A DNA stretch of 64,000 nucleotides. It comes from Phycisphaerae bacterium (GTDB lineage: Bacteria > Planctomycetota > Phycisphaerae > Sedimentisphaerales > UBA12454). Location of the stretch: positions 4,315 to 68,314 of the forward strand of contig JAPLMW010000063.1 of assembly GCA_026386845.1 (NCBI GenBank), written 5' to 3'. Both the position numbers and the translations under genes were made by a program. Under the pieces are notes generated by a model, which saw only the letters and a program-made list of their open reading frames with translations, did not search any database and was not told the DNA's origin. Of the stretch, positions 35,400-45,789 are shown piece after piece. Numbering within the stretch: position 1 is the first letter of the stretch; every line of letters begins with the position of its first letter.

Positions 35400-35735
35400 T
35401 TATTTGGTAAGCTGCATCCCGGCCAAAGCCGTGAATTTGTCCTCGACAAACTCAAAGACCTTGTTTAAACCGGTAACCTCGAAGATGCCTTTTGTCCTTG
35501 AACATGCACCACAAAAAATCAGGTGCTGATTGTGGTCATCGAGAATCTTCTGAAGCCGCAGCAGCTGAGCAAGACTTGAACTTGTTACAAGCTCAGCATC
35601 GGAAAAATCGATAACCACGCTGCAATTGTCCCGCTGTTGAATGATTTCCGTTACGGTCTTTAGCTCATCGTTCAAATCGGGTTCCGGCGCTATCGTTACA
35701 AGCAAACAATTGTCCGACCAGTCCTGAATTCCCAT
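35400..35735 (-). CDS. STAS-domain protein (anti-sigma-factor antagonist-like)
   Basis: 111-aa ORF whose size and pattern (DFSDAELVTSSSLAQLL) fit the STAS domain. Confidence 0.7.
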   Translation of the reverse strand: MGIQDWSDNCLLVTIAPEPDLNDELKTVTEIIQQRDNCSVVIDFSDAELVTSSSLAQLLRLQKILDDHNQHLIFCGACSRTKGIFEVTGLNKVFEFVEDKFTALAGMQLTK

Positions 35736-35950
35736 TTTTCAACTCTCCAAAAATATTGAGTTTAACCCATATCAAATATCGGCATATAGTTATAGCCGAT
35801 TAACCTGAAAAACGATTTGGGACTCACTTATAAAACAAAAACCTTGTTTTTTAACTTTTAAACTCTATTTTATGAGATGCAATACAATCAACAATTGATA
35901 GCGAAAAAACGCTGATATTTTTTATATAACTCTTTTAAGTAAAAGAAGTT

Positions 35951-36613
35951 ATGCCAAAAGTCGCAATAGAAAGTGTCTTGGCTGATATAAAAACCGCCGC
36001 CGTAATCGTTGCTCATCCGGATGATGAGACCCTTTGGGCGGGTGGGACTATATTGCTAAACCCCCAAATCGGCTGGACCATTCTAAGCCTTTGCCGAAAG
36101 TCCGACCCTGACAGGGCGCCAAAGTTTTTCAGGGTAATAGACCAATTCGGGGCCAAAGGCTCTATGACAGACCTCGACGACGGCCCGGACCAGAAACCTC
36201 TGAAACAAACAGATATACAAAAAACTATTTTAAGTGCGCTGTCCGAAAAGAGTTTTGATATAATCCTTACCCACAATCCTAAAGGCGAATATACTCGGCA
36301 TCTTCGACACGAAGAAACATCACTGGCGGTTTTGAGCCTCTGGAAACAGGGTGAATTAAAAGCAAAACGTCTTTTGCTTTTTGCCTACGAAGACGGACTT
36401 CGGCGAGCTCAGTCGAGCCGCGGGAAAAAATATCTGCCTCGGCCGCAAAAAGATGCGGATATTGTGGTTGATTTGCCAAAAAATATTTATCAAAGAAAAA
36501 AAGATATTATAATTAACAGTTATGGTTTTTCGCCCGACAGTTTCGAGGCAAAAGCTGTCTCGAATGTCGAGGCGTTTAGGCTTATAAAAACACCAAAGGA
36601 TACTATTATATGA
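35951..36613 (+). CDS. PIG-L/LmbE-family deacetylase
   Basis: 220-aa ORF with the VAHPDDETLWAGG motif. Confidence 0.8.
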   Translation: MPKVAIESVLADIKTAAVIVAHPDDETLWAGGTILLNPQIGWTILSLCRKSDPDRAPKFFRVIDQFGAKGSMTDLDDGPDQKPLKQTDIQKTILSALSEKSFDIILTHNPKGEYTRHLRHEETSLAVLSLWKQGELKAKRLLLFAYEDGLRRAQSSRGKKYLPRPQKDADIVVDLPKNIYQRKKDIIINSYGFSPDSFEAKAVSNVEAFRLIKTPKDTII

Positions 36614-37752
36614 AAGTTCTTGTTCTCTACGACTATCCGCCTTCGCCGGGCGGGCTGGCAACTCAGGGCGATTTGCTTTACAAGGCTCTGAGAGAAATAG
36701 GCGTTAACGCCTGGCCGGTAAATTCCGAATCGGCACAGGAAAAAGAATGGTATTATAACTGGTTCAAGCCGGATATCACCATAGGCATAGGTTATTGGGG
36801 TCATACTCCCGACCTTGTTATCCATTCGCAGAAACACGGTATAATAGCCGTTCCCTGGCTTGTCGCCGATGGTTTCTTAGCCAATTATAAGAAAGTCCTC
36901 GAAGATTTGCCTTTGATACTTGTAACTTCCGAATGGGTCAAGCAGGTTTATGTCCGCGATGGTTTAAGCGGCAAAAATATCGAGGTTCTGCCTGTCGGCT
37001 GCGATACGGATTCATTTTGTCCCCGCGGCAAAAACGACCCTAAAGTCGCCTGTATCCGCCATTCGCTCGGCGTGGCCGACAATGAAATTATGATACTCAC
37101 CGTCGGCGGTGATGCCGCATCTAAAGGTGCACAGGAAGTTATGCAGGCCCTTGCGACTATAAACAAAAAAGTCCCAGCCTGGAAATATGTCTGTAAGGTC
37201 TGGCCTCAGCCGAGAACCGAGCAGCAGAATCTGCTGGATTTTCAGCTTGCCGAAAGTCTGGGCATCAGGGATAAAATTGTTTATACCACCAACAAGATTT
37301 CGAGAAATTTTATGCCGTATTTAATGGCATCCTGCGATATTTACGCTGCGCCGAGCCGACTGGAAGGTTTCGGAATGATTCAGGTCGAGGCTAATGCCTG
37401 CGGAAAACCTGTCATAGGCATAAAAGCTATGGGTCTGCTCGATACAATGATTCATGGTCAGACCGCATATCTGGCTGAAATCGGGCAGAAAATCGTTCTT
37501 AAGGAAACTATTCTCGGCCGCGAGTCCGGCTATGAGCCAAATACAAAGATTGTATTCGACCAGCCGCGGGTCGTTGACTACCGTGCCAGCGTCGGCGACA
37601 TTGCGAAATATCTGCTGGAGCTTATGAACAATCCTGACTTATGCAAAAAGATGGGCGAAGCGGGGCGAAAAAGAATCGTTGAGAATTTTGATTATAGAGT
37701 TGTTGCCAAAAAATTTGTGAAGATAATCTCCGAAAGGTTCGGAATTAATTAA
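36610..37752 (+). CDS. glycosyltransferase family 4
   Basis: 380-aa ORF with a GT-B C-terminal signature (EGFGMIQVEANACGKPVI). ATGA overlap with the upstream gene. Confidence 0.8.
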   Translation: MKVLVLYDYPPSPGGLATQGDLLYKALREIGVNAWPVNSESAQEKEWYYNWFKPDITIGIGYWGHTPDLVIHSQKHGIIAVPWLVADGFLANYKKVLEDLPLILVTSEWVKQVYVRDGLSGKNIEVLPVGCDTDSFCPRGKNDPKVACIRHSLGVADNEIMILTVGGDAASKGAQEVMQALATINKKVPAWKYVCKVWPQPRTEQQNLLDFQLAESLGIRDKIVYTTNKISRNFMPYLMASCDIYAAPSRLEGFGMIQVEANACGKPVIGIKAMGLLDTMIHGQTAYLAEIGQKIVLKETILGRESGYEPNTKIVFDQPRVVDYRASVGDIAKYLLELMNNPDLCKKMGEAGRKRIVENFDYRVVAKKFVKIISERFGIN

Positions 37753-38948
37753 TGGAAAGAACAGATGAAAAATTGATAGCTCTGGCCAAAGAAGCGGCAC
37801 TAAAAGTTTTGCTGCACAATAATCACGGCCCTTATCGCGGTCTGCCGCGAACCGCCGGCTGGGGTTATCCGGAGCCTTATACACGCGATTTGATGATTTC
37901 TTCGCTGGGTGTTCTGGCATCGGGAGAAGAAAAACTTTTAAAGACCCTCAGACGCGTTCTTGAAACGCTTGCGAAAAATCAAACGCGCCTGGGCCACATG
38001 CCGTCGCTGGTTAACGACAAAGAGGACCGCGGCTCAAGCGACGCTACTCCTCTGTTTCTTATGGCGGTTGGTTTATACCGCAAGGCAACCGGTGAAAATA
38101 ATTTTCTCAAGGAAGCCGTTGCGAAATCGCTGCAATGGATGGAATACCAGAGTCCCTCCGACCGCATAATGGTTGCGCAGCTTCCGACGAGCGACTGGCG
38201 AGATGAGCAGTGGGTTATAGGTTATGGGCTTTTCATCAATACGATTGTTTATACTTATTTGCGGCTCTTTGGTCTGAATGAAAAGGCAAACGACCTTCAG
38301 GAAGCAATGGACAGATTTGCGATTGTCGGCGAGCGTCAGCAGCGGCACGTTCACGAAGGTCTTGTTCTCAAATACAAACCTTATTACGCACTATGGTCAT
38401 ACAAGGTTTATAAAAGCGAACGATTCGACCTGCTGGGAAACAGCCTGGCAATTTTGACAGGTATAGCATCGAAAAGTCGTGCCAAAGAAATTGTTACGTG
38501 GATAGAAACAGAGTGCAAAAATTTGAGGGCTAACGAAGACCTCGCGGTCAATTTGCCGCCGTGCCTGTTTCCTTATATGAGGCCGGGCGAGCCGGACTGG
38601 ATGAGCCGTTATGCAAAATACAATCAGCCGGGCGAATATCATAACGGCGGAATCTGGCCGTTCATCTGCGGCTTTTACATTGCCGCTCTTGTCGCAGCCG
38701 GCAGATACAGACTCGCTGAGGAAAAGTTAATCGCTCTTACGCATTTAATACAGCGAAGCAGAGCAGCCGCTGTAGATTTTGGCTTTAACGAATGGCACAG
38801 GGCGCAGGACGGCAAACCCTGCGGTGAAGACTGGCAAAGCTGGTCGGCGGCAATGTATCTTTACGCCGTCTGTTGTGTCGAACAAAAGAAAACCCGGTTC
38901 TTTGATGAAATAAGAAGGATGCACCCCCACACCAATGTCCTGGTGTGA
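37752..38948 (+). CDS. six-hairpin glycosidase-like protein (amylo-alpha-1,6-glucosidase / GDE_C-like)
   Basis: 398-aa ORF resembling the GDE_C/GH100-type (alpha/alpha)6 family (GWGYPEPYTRD, YHNGGIWP). 1-nt overlap with the upstream gene. Confidence 0.55.
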   Translation: MERTDEKLIALAKEAALKVLLHNNHGPYRGLPRTAGWGYPEPYTRDLMISSLGVLASGEEKLLKTLRRVLETLAKNQTRLGHMPSLVNDKEDRGSSDATPLFLMAVGLYRKATGENNFLKEAVAKSLQWMEYQSPSDRIMVAQLPTSDWRDEQWVIGYGLFINTIVYTYLRLFGLNEKANDLQEAMDRFAIVGERQQRHVHEGLVLKYKPYYALWSYKVYKSERFDLLGNSLAILTGIASKSRAKEIVTWIETECKNLRANEDLAVNLPPCLFPYMRPGEPDWMSRYAKYNQPGEYHNGGIWPFICGFYIAALVAAGRYRLAEEKLIALTHLIQRSRAAAVDFGFNEWHRAQDGKPCGEDWQSWSAAMYLYAVCCVEQKKTRFFDEIRRMHPHTNVLV

Positions 38949-39037
38949 GGAAAACTTATGAGGTAAAAAAATGGAAACGATATTTTTATTAAAAAAAACA
39001 GAGTTCAAAATTTGTTACATTGGTATGGGGGTAAATC

Positions 39038-40447
39038 ATGCCATATAATATCAGAATAGTCAGCACGTATCCGCCGCGAAGGTGCGGTATCGGAACATTC
39101 AGCAGAGATCTCGCGAATTCCCTTGAGCATTTCACCGGCGAAATAGGTTATATCAGGATTGCTGCGATTGACAAAGATAATCTGCCTTATCATATACCGG
39201 TCGATTTGATTATAGAACAGTACAATCCGCAATCGTGGCAATCCGCGACAAAGAATATTATCGTCCGTGCCGGCGAAAGCAAAAATAAAACAGTTGTGCT
39301 TCTTCAGCACGAATACGGCCTGGACCCCGATGACTCCGGCAAAGACGGCGAAGGCATAAATTACGTCAATATGGCAAAGGCTTTTTCAGAAAAAGGATTG
39401 ACAACACTTGTCTATCTCCACACCGTTTTGGACAATCCCGACCAGCACCAAAAACAAGCGATACAGGACCTTGCCCGTTACAGTCAGGGCATTATTGTTA
39501 CAACCGAAAGCGCAATTCAGATTCTCACATCGCCCCTTTACGAAATTGAGCGGGACAGGATAAAACACATCGACCACGGCATCCGGATGCATCATCCTTC
39601 TCATTTCGACCGTCTTTCGATAAAAGAAAAATTCGGCCTCAAAGACCATTTCCTTGTAGCAACCATAGGTTTGCTTTCGCCGGACAAGGGGATACAGTTC
39701 AGCATAAGAGGTTTTGGAAGATTTCTCGCCGAATCCTGCACTGCCTCCCAGCGGAATTCAATTATTTACCTGATTGCCGGCCAATACCATCCTGAGTTTG
39801 TCAAATCCGGCAACGGCCAAGCCTATCAGGAATTTCAGAAAATGCTGAACCAGTCGCTCAAGGAAGCGAAAATCAGGTGGTGTAAAGTAACTTCATTGCA
39901 GGATGTCGAATTCAATAAGTTCGATGTGGTCTTCCTTGATGCTTTCATCGAAGAAAAAATGCTTCTTGAACTTTACGGCGCAGCTAATGTCGCGATTCTG
40001 CCGTATCTTAATATGCAGCAGATTTCCAGCGGTATTCTGGCTGATACTTTAGGTTCCGGCAGAGTCGCGATAGCGACGAAGTTTCGTTATGCGCTTGAGC
40101 TTATTCATTCAAACCAGAAGTGTCCGCCCGGTCTTGTTATGGGCAGGCACGCAAGAGGAATCCTGATAGACCCCGGCGAGCCCAGCGTCGAACAGATTGC
40201 CGAGGCTCTCGATTATCTTGTTTTCAATCAGCAAAAAAGACTGCTTATGGAAAAACAGGCGCACCAGAGAGGTTATCAAATGTGCTGGGAAAATACTGCC
40301 TGGGCACTGCTGCAGCATATTGACTTCTTAACCGAAGAAGACCAGATTCGAACAGGCAGAGGTCTTAAATTCAAAAGAGAAAAAAACTCAATTTATCAGC
40401 GGGATAAAAGCAGCCATTCTGATTTTGCCGGCAGCGGAAACCTATGA
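39038..40447 (+). CDS. glycosyltransferase (GT-B, GT4-like)
   Basis: 469-aa ORF with an N-terminus (VSTYPPRRCGIGTFS) typical of GT4 enzymes. Confidence 0.6.
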   Translation: MPYNIRIVSTYPPRRCGIGTFSRDLANSLEHFTGEIGYIRIAAIDKDNLPYHIPVDLIIEQYNPQSWQSATKNIIVRAGESKNKTVVLLQHEYGLDPDDSGKDGEGINYVNMAKAFSEKGLTTLVYLHTVLDNPDQHQKQAIQDLARYSQGIIVTTESAIQILTSPLYEIERDRIKHIDHGIRMHHPSHFDRLSIKEKFGLKDHFLVATIGLLSPDKGIQFSIRGFGRFLAESCTASQRNSIIYLIAGQYHPEFVKSGNGQAYQEFQKMLNQSLKEAKIRWCKVTSLQDVEFNKFDVVFLDAFIEEKMLLELYGAANVAILPYLNMQQISSGILADTLGSGRVAIATKFRYALELIHSNQKCPPGLVMGRHARGILIDPGEPSVEQIAEALDYLVFNQQKRLLMEKQAHQRGYQMCWENTAWALLQHIDFLTEEDQIRTGRGLKFKREKNSIYQRDKSSHSDFAGSGNL

Positions 40448-40503
40448 TAAAAAACTTCTTCTTCCTCATATTGTAATAATTCTTTATCTCCGGAGTAAAA
40501 TCC

Positions 40504-40833
40504 ATGAAAACAATTATCCTCCTGACGATTTCCAATATTTTTATGACATTTGCGTGGTACGGCCATTTGAAGTTTAAGGATAAACCGCTCGTATGGGTAA
40601 TTCTCATAAGCTGGCTGATAGCGTTTGCGGAATATTGTTTTCAGGTGCCTGCCAACAGAATCGGCCATTATCAGTTTACCGCTGCGCAATTAAAGACGAT
40701 TCAGGAAGTAATAACGCTTGTTGTTTTTTCCGTTTTTTCGCTTCTTTATCTACGTGAGCCAATGAAATGGAATTATGCGATAGGATTTTTGTTGATAATC
40801 TTTGCCGTTTTTATAATCTTTAAGAAATGGTGA
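40504..40833 (+). CDS. DMT-superfamily small membrane protein (DUF486-like)
   Basis: 109-aa ORF with four TM segments and the N-terminus ISNIFMTFAWYGHLKF. Confidence 0.7.
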   Translation: MKTIILLTISNIFMTFAWYGHLKFKDKPLVWVILISWLIAFAEYCFQVPANRIGHYQFTAAQLKTIQEVITLVVFSVFSLLYLREPMKWNYAIGFLLIIFAVFIIFKKW

Positions 40834-40836
40834 ACT

Positions 40837-41601
40837 ATGTTCTGGCTTAGGAAATGGCGGCGAAACCGGATTGCCGCTCGGCAGTTTCCAGACCGATGGC
40901 TGCAAATCATCGAAAAGAATGTGCTGCTTTATAACCGCCTGCCTGCCGAAGACAAAGCTGAGCTGCAAAAGCATATTCTCATCTTCATCGCTGAAAAGCG
41001 GTTTGAAGGCTGCGGCGGACTCGAGATAACCGACGAAATAAAAATTGTCATCGCCGCCCAGGCCTGTATGCTTCTTCTTCACCGGAAAACCGATTATTAC
41101 CCCGGCCTCTCTTCAATACTTGTTTATCCTCACGCTTTTATAGTTCATCGGGCGCAGCATTTGGCCGATGGCGTAGTGGCCGAAGGTCCGCAGGTCCTCA
41201 GCGGAGAGTCCTGGCGAACTGGTTCGGTTGTTCTTTCGTGGGATAATGTCAAACACGGCTGTGCCGACATTCACGACGGGCAGAATGTTGTGTTTCACGA
41301 ATTTGCGCACCAAATCGACAGTTCAGGCGGCAAAGGCGACAGATCCGGCGTTCTTAAAAGCACTTCCAGTTATATTACCTGGGCCCGCGTATTGCAGAAA
41401 GATTACCAAAGACTCAGGGAGGCGGCTCAACAGAATCGCCCTGCTTTTTTGGACAAATACGGCGCGACCGACCCCGCTGAGTTTTTCGCCGTCGCCACCG
41501 AATTCTTTTTTGAAAAACCTCAGGAACTGAAGCAAATCCATCCCGATTTATACAACGAACTGAAACGTTTTTACCACCAGGACCCCGCCGGTTTTAAATA
41601 A
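40837..41601 (+). CDS. mtfA: MtfA-like zinc metallopeptidase (M90)
   Basis: 254-aa ORF with HEFAHQID and AEFFAVATEFFFE. Confidence 0.8.
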   Translation: MFWLRKWRRNRIAARQFPDRWLQIIEKNVLLYNRLPAEDKAELQKHILIFIAEKRFEGCGGLEITDEIKIVIAAQACMLLLHRKTDYYPGLSSILVYPHAFIVHRAQHLADGVVAEGPQVLSGESWRTGSVVLSWDNVKHGCADIHDGQNVVFHEFAHQIDSSGGKGDRSGVLKSTSSYITWARVLQKDYQRLREAAQQNRPAFLDKYGATDPAEFFAVATEFFFEKPQELKQIHPDLYNELKRFYHQDPAGFK

Positions 41602-41635
41602 TATCCAGTCTGGCAAAATTTTTTTCAAAAACTGT

Positions 41636-43570
41636 TTGTTTAATGTCATCAAGATGTTAATATATTCCACAATTATGAAACCCGGTTCGAATACTTCGTC
41701 ATTTTTGTCACAATATTTTGCACTGTCATATTTATTGCTTTTGATTAATGCCTCCGTATTTCTTGGCCAGATTAATTATATTAATTTTACAACATATTTT
41801 TTTGCAGGAGTTGTTTATTTTACTTATTGTTTTCTATATCTCCTTCCATTTGCGATTGTTTTAGGACTTTTGCGAAAGATTCTCAATTATAAACGTTCAC
41901 CTGTGTTTTTGAAATCTCCTTATTTTCTCGGCAGCCTGGCAGTTATAGCTTTAACCGCACTTCAACTGCTGATTTATATGGACAGTTTTATATTTAGGAT
42001 GTTCGGGTTCCATTTCAACAGCTTTGTCTGGAATCTTATCTTTACAAAAGGCGGCGTTGAGTCAATGGGCAGCAGCCAGTCAACTGTGCGAAGTTTCATC
42101 GTGATAGTGCTGGTTTTCTTTGTCGCGCAGGCGGCAATTTTATTACTGTTGATGATGGTTCCAAAAGTAAAAAACTTCTGCGCCAATTTCCTGACCCGCC
42201 GCAAACTTGCTATAGCCCTGATTACACTATTGGCAATGGCTGGTTTACAAAGTTTAGTCTATGGTTTCGGTTCCTTCTATAACTACAGACCGATTCTTAC
42301 GGTATCGCGGGCATTTCCATTTTATATGCCGGTTACGTTCCGCAGGTTCGCTAAATCTCTTGGACTGAAGCAGCCGCAAGAATCATCCTTCGCTATAAAA
42401 TTCAGGGAAATTAACCTGAAATATCCTCTGAATCCGATTAATCAGCAGGCCGACCATAATAATTACAATATAGTTATTCTTATGGCCGAATCTCTTCGTG
42501 CCGACATGCTTGACCCTCAAATAATGCCGAAAACGTGGGCATTCTCGCAAAAAGCGGTCCGTTTCAATCAGCATTACAGCGGGGGCAACGGCACACGAAT
42601 GGCTATATTTTCAGCATTCTACGGCCTGTATGGGAATTACTGGTTTAAATTTCTTGAGGAGCACAGGGGGCCTGTGCTGATGGATTTGCTGATTGATAAT
42701 AACTACCAGATTGATGTGTTCAGCAGCGCGAAATTTTCTTATCCTGAGTTTGATAAAACTGTTTTTGCGCGATTGCCGCAAAACCAGCTGCATGATTCGA
42801 GAGAGCTTGAGTCGGGTATGCTGGAATGGAAACTGGACAGGCAAAATGTCGGTCTTATGCTCGATTTTTTCAAAAACCGCGACAAGTCGCGATCCTTTAT
42901 GACTTTTATGTTTTTTGAGTCGCCGCATGCCCCTTATCATTTCCCGCCCGAAAATGAAATACGGACCCCCTGGCTTGAGGAGTTTAATTACGCCACTGTT
43001 GACCTGAAAAAAGATATCTCTCTGATAAAGAATCGGTATATCAACTCCTGCAATCACCTCGATAGTCAGTTCGAGCGGATATTGAAATATCTCGAGGAAA
43101 ATTCACTGCTTGATTCCACGATTGTTATACTCACCGGAGACCATGGCGAAGAGTTTATGGAGCACGGCCGATGGGGGCACAACTCCAATTACAGCGATGT
43201 GCAAACGCTTGTTCCAATGGTTCTTTGGGCGCCGGGCGTTAAACCGCATCGGGTGGACAGCATAACAAGCCATCTCGATATTCCGGCAACTATATGCAAA
43301 TTATTAGGCGTTACAAATCCGCCGCAGGATTATTCAGAGGGAATCGACCTGCTCGGCACTGAAAAACATCAATTTACCGTGATTAGTGATTGGGATACGA
43401 TAGCTTACGTTGATAATGAGCATAAAGCCATATTCCCCACGACTATTCTCGGCTTGAATACAGTTACAACGAAAACAAATGTCGAAATAACCGATAGAAC
43501 CACTTTCTATAAGGCACACCAGCCGGACCTGGTCCGGGTTATGAAGGACCTATCTCGTTTCAGCAAATGA
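41636..43570 (+). CDS. membrane-anchored sulfatase-like hydrolase/transferase (YejM/DUF3413-like)
   Basis: An N-terminal multi-TM domain plus an alkaline-phosphatase-superfamily domain (ESLRAD, TGDHGEEF). The start codon is uncertain (TTG 41636, ATG 41654 or 41675). Confidence 0.65.
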   Translation: MFNVIKMLIYSTIMKPGSNTSSFLSQYFALSYLLLLINASVFLGQINYINFTTYFFAGVVYFTYCFLYLLPFAIVLGLLRKILNYKRSPVFLKSPYFLGSLAVIALTALQLLIYMDSFIFRMFGFHFNSFVWNLIFTKGGVESMGSSQSTVRSFIVIVLVFFVAQAAILLLLMMVPKVKNFCANFLTRRKLAIALITLLAMAGLQSLVYGFGSFYNYRPILTVSRAFPFYMPVTFRRFAKSLGLKQPQESSFAIKFREINLKYPLNPINQQADHNNYNIVILMAESLRADMLDPQIMPKTWAFSQKAVRFNQHYSGGNGTRMAIFSAFYGLYGNYWFKFLEEHRGPVLMDLLIDNNYQIDVFSSAKFSYPEFDKTVFARLPQNQLHDSRELESGMLEWKLDRQNVGLMLDFFKNRDKSRSFMTFMFFESPHAPYHFPPENEIRTPWLEEFNYATVDLKKDISLIKNRYINSCNHLDSQFERILKYLEENSLLDSTIVILTGDHGEEFMEHGRWGHNSNYSDVQTLVPMVLWAPGVKPHRVDSITSHLDIPATICKLLGVTNPPQDYSEGIDLLGTEKHQFTVISDWDTIAYVDNEHKAIFPTTILGLNTVTTKTNVEITDRTTFYKAHQPDLVRVMKDLSRFSK

Positions 43571-43574
43571 TAAT

Positions 43575-45101
43575 TTATAGCGCCCTGTCTAATCTCCTGT
43601 AACTTACTCCTTCTGCGATATGTTCTGCGTTTATATTCTCTTTATTCTCCAAATCGGCAATCGTTCTTGCAACTTTGCAGATTTTATCATGTGCCCTTGC
43701 GGACAAGCCAAATTCCGTCATAGCGTTTTTCAAAACCATTTCCGCAGACTCATTCAAATCGCAGAATTTGCCTACCTGCCTGTGCGTCATCGTGGCATTT
43801 GTGGTGGTCTTCTTTTCGCCGAATCTCTGTCTCTGGATTTCTCTGGCGGCTATGACTTCCTCTCGTATTGCCGCTGAATCATTAGAATCCTGTTTCGAGC
43901 GTAGTTTGCTGAAGGTTACGCTTGGCACATCAATATGAATATCAATCCTGTCCAGCATAGGGCCGGAAATCCGAGCCATATATCGTTCAATCTGGTTCGG
44001 CGTACATTTGCATCGCTTCTGGTACGAGCCGAAATAGCCGCAGGGACAGGGATTCGTCGCAGCAACGAGCATAAAATTTGCCGGGAATGTAATCGAGCCT
44101 TTCGCTCGTGAAACTGTAACCTTTTTATCCTCCAATGGCTGGCGAATCATCTCAAGAACGTGCCGCGGAAACTCGGCAAATTCATCTAAAAACAATATTC
44201 CGTTATGCGCAAGCGACAATTCTCCACATCGCGGATTTGTTCCGCCGCCGACAAGTGCCGCTCCTGTCGCCGTATGATGAGGCATTCTTACAGGTCTTGT
44301 CGCCATTAACGCCTTGTTATCGAGCAGGCCGACAGATGAATAAACCCGCGTCGTTTCCAATGATTCAGTCAATGTCAGTGTCGGCAAAATGGTTGCCAAT
44401 CGCTGAGCCAGCATTGTTTTTCCCGCTCCCGGCGGGCCTATCATCAAAATATTATGCCCGCCTGCCGCGGCAATCGTCAAAGCACGTTTGACTGACTCCT
44501 GCCCTTTGACATCCGCAAAATCAACATCGTAAACAGCCGCGTGCTCGAATAATTGTTCAATATCGACATAAGAAGCCTCCAGAACCAATTGCCCTGCCAG
44601 AAAAACCGCTGCCTGCGAGAGCGAGCTGACTCCGAAAACTTCCAAATCCTCTACAACGGCAGCTTCGCGGACATTTTCCAGCGGCACAATCATTTGCTTA
44701 AAACCTTTTTCCGCCGCCGCCATTGCCATACTCAAAACGCCGTTGACAGGTCTTACACGACCGTCCAGCGCAAGTTCGCCGACGATGACAAAATCCTTAA
44801 CACAATCGCTCTGAACCGCTTTAGAACCGAGCAGGATTCCTAAAGCTATCGGCAAATCGAACGCAGGCCCGGCCTTTTTGACATCGGCAGGCGCAAGATT
44901 GATTACGCTTTTTGTCTTCGGGTAATTGTAGCCCGAATTTGTTATCGCCGATTGAACACGTTCGATGCTTTCTTTTACAGCAGTATCCGGCAGACCGACA
45001 ATAAGCGATTTTTCAAACCCGCTGCGTTTTATATGCACTTCGACTTCGCAGATTATTCCTTCTATTCCTTCGAGTGTTACACTGAACAGTTTGCTGAGCA
45101 T
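43575..45101 (-). CDS. comM: YifB/ComM-family Mg-chelatase-like AAA ATPase
   Basis: 508-aa ORF with GPPGAGKTMLA, the GILFLDEF Walker B, and a C-terminal ChlI-like domain. Confidence 0.9.
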   Translation of the reverse strand: MLSKLFSVTLEGIEGIICEVEVHIKRSGFEKSLIVGLPDTAVKESIERVQSAITNSGYNYPKTKSVINLAPADVKKAGPAFDLPIALGILLGSKAVQSDCVKDFVIVGELALDGRVRPVNGVLSMAMAAAEKGFKQMIVPLENVREAAVVEDLEVFGVSSLSQAAVFLAGQLVLEASYVDIEQLFEHAAVYDVDFADVKGQESVKRALTIAAAGGHNILMIGPPGAGKTMLAQRLATILPTLTLTESLETTRVYSSVGLLDNKALMATRPVRMPHHTATGAALVGGGTNPRCGELSLAHNGILFLDEFAEFPRHVLEMIRQPLEDKKVTVSRAKGSITFPANFMLVAATNPCPCGYFGSYQKRCKCTPNQIERYMARISGPMLDRIDIHIDVPSVTFSKLRSKQDSNDSAAIREEVIAAREIQRQRFGEKKTTTNATMTHRQVGKFCDLNESAEMVLKNAMTEFGLSARAHDKICKVARTIADLENKENINAEHIAEGVSYRRLDRAL

Positions 45102-45126
45102 ATTCTCTCCTGTGAAAATAAACTTA

Positions 45127-45600
45127 TTAATTAAACATACATATCGCGGCGTTTAGAACAGCTGCGAAGCTGACCCATATTATATATGGAATAAGCAGAA
45201 TCGCAGATAACTTATTTATCCTATGAAAGCAGATAATGGTTGCGGCTATCGCCAGCCACAGCAGAACAATATCTCCAAACGCAATCAACGGCTGTTTTGC
45301 ACCGAAAAAAATCGGCGTCCAAAGTGCGTTAAATACTAATTGAAGAATAAAGCAGGACAATGCAACTTTTACTGCCGCATTCGCTGGTTCTTTTCGCCAC
45401 ACTAAAAAGGCGGATATTCCCATCAGCAGATAAAGCACTGTCCAGACCGGCGCAAATACCCAGCCCGGCGGATTAAAGGCAGGCTTGGCAAGTGTTTGAT
45501 ACCAGTCCATTGAGTTTGCAGTAAAAAACGAGCCTGCGAAACCAATAGCCAATGGTACGCTGCAGCATATTATTAGCTTTACAACCTCAGCACGTTTCAT
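45127..45600 (-). CDS. tspO: TspO/MBR tryptophan-rich sensory protein
   Basis: 157-aa ORF with five TM segments and PPGWVFAPVWTVLY. Confidence 0.85.
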   Translation of the reverse strand: MKRAEVVKLIICCSVPLAIGFAGSFFTANSMDWYQTLAKPAFNPPGWVFAPVWTVLYLLMGISAFLVWRKEPANAAVKVALSCFILQLVFNALWTPIFFGAKQPLIAFGDIVLLWLAIAATIICFHRINKLSAILLIPYIIWVSFAAVLNAAICMFN

Positions 45601-45755
45601 AATATTACACAGTATTCTAACCGCAGATAAATTAAATAAAATAAAAATATATCCGCTTTATAAATTCTATAAAATACCGGCTTTTACTGTAATATATCAC
45701 CTAAGTTCTTTAGGATAAAGCACTTAAAATTTTTTAAAAATCTCTGAAAAACCCC

Positions 45756-45783
45756 TTGCAAAAAGTGGACTTGGTGGTATAAT
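45756..45783 (+). promoter_or_regulatory. strong sigma70-type promoter with an extended -10
   Basis: TTGCAA (45756-45761), a 16-nt spacer, then TGgTATAAT (45775-45783). Confidence 0.5.
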
Positions 45784-45789
45784 AGATAA

